Assembly (NCBI RefSeq): GCF_018977255.1
Contig: NW_024704763.1
Span: 2,976,001 to 3,040,000, forward strand
DNA length: 64,000 nt
DNA from: Callorhinchus milii
Taxonomy: Eukaryota
Reading direction: 5' to 3'
A model generated the notes under the pieces. That model did not search any database, was not told where the DNA came from, and saw only the letters and a list, made by a program, of their open reading frames with translations. Within the stretch, counting starts at the first letter, position 1. The number at the start of each line of letters is the position of its first letter. Below are positions 59,200-64,000 of this stretch, piece by piece. The translations under genes and the position numbers were made by a program.

Positions 59200-59955
59200 C
59201 CCCCCCCATAGTCACAAAGGGCCAAATTGCTGCTTGACGCTCGTCGACCCCGAGCGCCAATACAGCAGTGGCCGGGGAGACCCGGGCGGGGTCAGGGGGC
59301 GCGGGGGCGGAGGAAGGGGCGCGGGCCAAGGTCTCGGGCCGGTTCCCACGGAGGGGCTCGCGGACCCGGGAAGCGTCGGCGCGCTCTCCCTTTCGAGGGT
59401 GGGCGACAGGGTCCTCGGAGGGGGCGGGAGGAAGTTTTGCGCCGGTGTAAACTGGGGAGGGGGAGGGGAGGGGGTGGAGGAGGGGGGAGGGGAGGGGGGA
59501 GGGGGTCATAAATTAAACACCGACACCGACCCAGAGTCTGGGGGGGGGGGGGGTTAATTAATTAATTAATTAACAAACGAAAACATTGGGGCCATTGGGG
59601 CCACAGGACCCCACCCCACAATCTGACCACCTCTCTCGTCCCCGGAACCGATCGCTCGGGGCTGAGTTGGCGGCGGAGCGGAGGAGCGGCGGAGGAGCGG
59701 AGGGGAAGGTATTGCCGGTGGGACCGACGTGGTCAAAGATGGCGGCGCCCGCGGTCCGGACCTCTTGAGGGGGAAGAGAGAGAGAGAGAGCGGCGCACAC
59801 ACACCTCACGTCAAACAGCCGTGTTCCCGCGGAGATATGTCGGGGGGAGACTCGCGGCTCTTTGCGAGGGGTCTCTGAGGCGGAAAGCCCCGGTGGGGGG
59901 GTCTCGCTTCCCGCCCTCTCCCCCCCCTCACCCCCTCACTCCTCCCACCCCAGAA
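59200..59955 (+). promoter_or_regulatory. MTFMT CpG-island promoter with YY1-type motif
   Basis: CpG-rich; AAGATGGCGGC at 59736-59746; GC boxes; 22-bp palindrome GTTAATTAATTAATTAATTAAC at 59553-59574. Confidence 0.65.
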
Positions 59956-62900
59956 ATGTGGGGTTTAGTCCCCAGGTTTCTCCGAGGGACCAACAGCCGT
60001 TTGGGCAGCGGCCGGGGCTTTGGGAGCAGTTTATCGGCCGGGGATGGAGCCCCCGCCCCCGCCCCCGCCCGCCCTCCCTGGAGAATCCTGTTCTTCGGAA
60101 CCGACACCTTCGCCTTGGAGTCTCTGCAGAAGCTGCACCGGTCAAGGTGCTGGGGGTCAGGGGCTGGGGGTCAGGGGGCTGGGGGTCAGGGGGTCTGGGT
60201 CTGGGGGGCTGCGGGTCAGGGGCTGAGGGGATTTGGGGCTGTGGGGGTCTGGGGTTGGGGGTCAGGGGGGCTGGGGGTCAGGGGGGCTGGGGGCTGGGGT
60301 CAGGGGCTGGGGGTCAGGGGGGCTGGGGGTCAGGGGCTGGGGGTCTGGGGCTGGGGGTCAGGGGGCTGGGGTCAGGGGCTGGGGGGTCGGGCTGGGCGTC
60401 AGGGGGGCTGGGGGTCAGGGGCTGGACCTGTAAACCACTGGGCCTCCAGAGATTTTAACCTGACTGTCACTGGGGGGGGGGGGGTGCGGGGGTTGCGATT
60501 CTTTCTACTCGGTTTCTGTTAACACTGCAAAGCCAAAGCCCCCGTTGCGTTGGGTGGTTTGTGGTTGGATAAGGCAGTGCCAGGCGGTGTGCACCACCAC
60601 CACAGCAACAACAACAAACTACATTTGTACAGTGCCGCCTTTCACGTCGCGAGCACCTTAGGCGTTCACAATGGGAAGCAACACCCATTTGGCTGGAACA
60701 AACTCCCATTAGTTCTCTCTCGCTCTCTCTCCCACCACCTCCCAACACACGTGCTGGAATCTCCCAAGCCTCCGCTCTTGCCGATCTGCGCCTAAACATT
60801 CCGGGAGCAGGGCGCGTCTCTCAAGGAATGAGCGGACACGCAATTCTAGACAGATAGAGATTCACCTGCATGCGTTGAATCCTCAAATCACCTGGTTTGG
60901 AGCCTCTTGAGCACGGTGCTGGTTTTCCATCTGTCCGAACGAAAGAAAATCTGATGAATGACTTTTGACAATTCCCACTGTTTCTGGCTCTGGATCTCAA
61001 CGATGCATGTGTTTTTCCGCAGGCATTTGGAGACCGGTGAGGTGCTGATAGACAGGCTGGAAGTCGTGACTTTGTCAGCTGGTTATCCCAGTAAACTCCC
61101 AGTGAGGAAATACGCGAGTCAGAGTGACATTCCCATCCATGATTGGCCAGACCTAGGACAGTGCAATGACTTTGACGTTGGAGTGGTCGTGTCGTTTGGG
61201 AGTTTGCTCAGTGAGGAACTTATTCTCCGGTTTCCATAGTAAGTAACTGTCTTTTCTGTATCACCTTTTCCTGTTAAAAAAGACACTCTATTCCAAACAT
61301 AGGTACAACAACGTACGTTTCTGATTGTGACTTGTCAATTTATTTACAACAACATGTTAAAATTCTTGTCATCAAAGTGATTTAGAGGAACGCCGAGGAT
61401 AAAGTAAAAGGAATTTAGAAGCAACTGAAGGCACAATCAAACAAATGGGTCTTTATGTTTTAAAAAGCAGAGACGGAGTAAGTGAGGCAAAGTATGGGAA
61501 AGAAGTGCCACAAGGAAAGAATGTGGTGCTGAAAGGTTGGCCTCTGATAATGGAGCCAGGGACTGAGGAACAATCTAAATGTGTGGATGGGAATTGGTTA
61601 TGGAAAAAAATGGACTGAGAGGATAGAACGAGGGAGTGGAGGGAGTTGAAATGCGATGACGAGGATCTGGAAAAGGATCTGCTGAAGGACAGTGAGCCAT
61701 TGGAACTTAATACGGCTGGAATCACAGTTACTGGGCCACAGCTCTTGCCCTTTCCAGATATAGTTTGTTTTACACTTTGTGCGTACGCTTATTCAAGCTG
61801 CTTTCTGTCTGTATTTTTATTGCTCGTTTTTAATGCGGTCTCTCTCTTGTCCCCAGCGGAATATTAAACGTACATCCAAGTCTTCTTCCGAGATGGAGGG
61901 GACCTGCTCCTGTGTTTCACACCGTACTTCATGGCGATCAGGTGACTGGCGTGACGATCATGCAGATCAGACCAAAAAGGTACCTTTACCTATTCAGAGA
62001 CTAGTAATGCCACGAGCCGCTGAGAACAAGTAGATAAAGAGGTCAACGAATGAGATTTCCTTTCTCCCAAGAAACCAATTTTTAACATAAGAGTCCATTC
62101 AACAGACAAAGGAAAATCACTGAGATGCACCTGTTAATAAGAGCCTGTTGTTGTTAAACCCTGTTTTCAATGCTTCAGCTATTGCTAGTTGTTCAAAGTC
62201 TGAATTGATTTGATTGATCTGAAAATGCGTTGACATACTGTATCATCTACACAGGTTTGATGTTGGCCCCATAGTAATGCAGAAGGAATGCGCTGTACCC
62301 ACACGGTGCACAGCCAACGAGCTAGGGGTGATGTTGGCAGAGGCTGGTGCTGACATGGTAAGCAGTTACCTTTGGGATTCTGTGTAGGCACCCGTCCTTA
62401 ATATTTCAAAATACCAAAGGCTCACATGAATTAAAATACATAAAGACCATTCTTTGAGGTTGCACCAAGATCACACAACAGTTTCAGGCGAAGTAGGTCT
62501 TTCTGACTGGTCGACCTCATAATTTTCCTACAAATGTACAGTCAATGCATACTACAGTAAATCCTGTGAAGAGCTTTGAGACATTTTACATTCTGTGCTT
62601 AATATTTGCTGAGTTTATGAAGCCGTGCACACAAGCCAGTCTTTCCAGTGTAATCTTATGTGGATTCATTGTGTTTCAGCTCCTGGCGACATTGAAAAAG
62701 CTACCCGAATGCATTGAGAATAGCAGGGAACAGTCCAAGAAAGGAGCCACATTTGGTGAGTTTCAGCTGATACTCAAGAAACTTGCGCTAGTTCTAATGG
62801 ATCATTATTGGTGGGTGTTAACAAAGAGGCAGGGAGTGGATGGATGCCTGTGGCCGTTCCTAGCATAGAGAGCTGTTGATGTGTTTTACGAAAACTCAAA

Positions 62901-63700
62901 ATAATAATCATTGTGCAAAAGGAACTGATCTCATTACCCATTATCTTTGTTTCCAGCTCCAAAGATCAATATTGCAATGAGCTGGGTGAACTGGGAGGAA
63001 CAGACATCAGAGGAACTGGACAGACTGAACCGAGCAATAAGTTGCAGAGTAAGTGCTCTGGGGATTTCAGTGTAAGAAACTAATTTTGGTGAATTTTATC
63101 ATTTTACTGCTATGGCAATGTTGATTCAAGTGTGTATCAGAGAAGGGAATTATTGTATTTGGAATTTTTGTCTCATAAAACTTCTTATCAATCTATCTAC
63201 TATTTTATGGTTAGCTTTCTGCTCTCAGGCCTGGTTCAGTGGGTGCCCTGGGGACAGTAATCTTCGATCCTCGTCAGCGTCATCCTTCGGTGGACATTTG
63301 CCCCAATCTAGGCTGTCCTTCAGCAGGTCGGAGGGTAAAGACTTAAATACCTGCTAATTCTGTAGCCCAGGGAATGGAGCAGGGTGGAGGCAATGAGACA
63401 GGAAGGAAAAAACAAATGGACAATGAAAAAAAAACTAGGGGAAGAGGTTCTGTAAACCATAGCTGTTCTATCATTGTGTGAAAAATCCAACTGACAGACG
63501 CTGGAATTATTGGTGTTTCTCAATAAGGTGCACAGATTTCCAAATAAAATTGTTAGCCTAGACTCTGAGGCCAGGTTGGGTGGTTGGCAATCTCCCTGAT
63601 GTTTTGCTGTTGCTCTAGGTTCCCCTGCGGACTCTGTGGATGGGAAACACAGTGAAGCTCTTGGATTTTGTGGACTTGCGCGACCTTCCCCTTTTCCCAG
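59956..63700 (+). CDS. MTFMT: Mitochondrial methionyl-tRNA formyltransferase; exons 1-7, gene continues beyond the window
   Basis: Exons 59956-60146, 61023-61238, 61857-61979, 62255-62357, 62680-62755, 62957-63048, 63619-63700; GT-AG and frame-consistent. Motifs [54 protein letters not shown]. Arg/Gly/Ser-rich presequence. Confidence 0.93.
60149..60424 (+). repeat. G-rich minisatellite (GGGGGTCAGGGGCT-like) at the start of MTFMT intron 1
   Basis: Roughly 20 degenerate ~14-nt units with G4-G6 runs. Confidence 0.9.
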
Positions 63701-64000
63701 GTAGATTTTGTGTGTTTCGGGAGTTGCAGCTGCCAAATTGAAATGGGAACTGAGGGCTGAATTTTCTTAATCCGATGGATTTTAGTCTGCGTTTCAAAAT
63801 GTGAGTTTTGAGCAATCGAGAATCGCTTGATTTGCACGAAAATTAATTGTACTTCTTGAGGCATTTTTAAGTTTTAAATAGAAGTACATGGAACTGTAAA
63901 GGGCAGCCAAACTAATGGAGGTGCTCAGTTTAAAGCATATGAATGTCTGATTCATTCACAAGAAATAATAAGAATTCAGCAATGAAGCCCATTCTGCAAA

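Overview
Eukaryotic, intron-containing vertebrate DNA. The CR1/L2/tRNA-SINE/Deu-SINE repeat mix and compact genes suggest a cartilaginous fish, possibly a holocephalan such as elephant shark (inference, not verified). I reconstructed six protein-coding genes by reading splice sites: AFG2B/SPATA5L1 (-, 8 coding exons, ~762 aa), a divergent intron-poor TRABD-like gene (-, 2 coding exons, 445 aa), ARPIN (+, 6 exons, 226 aa), AP3S2 (+, 6 exons, 193 aa), ANPEP (+, 20 coding exons, 967 aa) and MTFMT (+, first 7 exons, truncated by the window end). There are two assembly gaps (10144-10530, 41512-41666). Most small ORFs in the supplied track are SINE/LINE or low-complexity artefacts. The best leads are: (1) the TRABD paralogue, which looks retroposed, keeps the TraB/Tiki metal-binding motifs, has a presequence-like N-terminus and sits head-to-head with ARPIN; (2) a candidate alternative terminal exon in AP3S2 (TFSPL-stop plus AATAAA); (3) ARPIN-AP3S2 read-through compatibility; (4) splice-donor microsatellites and G/C-skewed arrays next to first exons; (5) SINE/LINE 3'-tail sharing with tail-to-tail and nested insertions. 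I saw no CRISPR array, rRNA or true tRNA gene, and I cannot claim a wholly new biological system from sequence alone.
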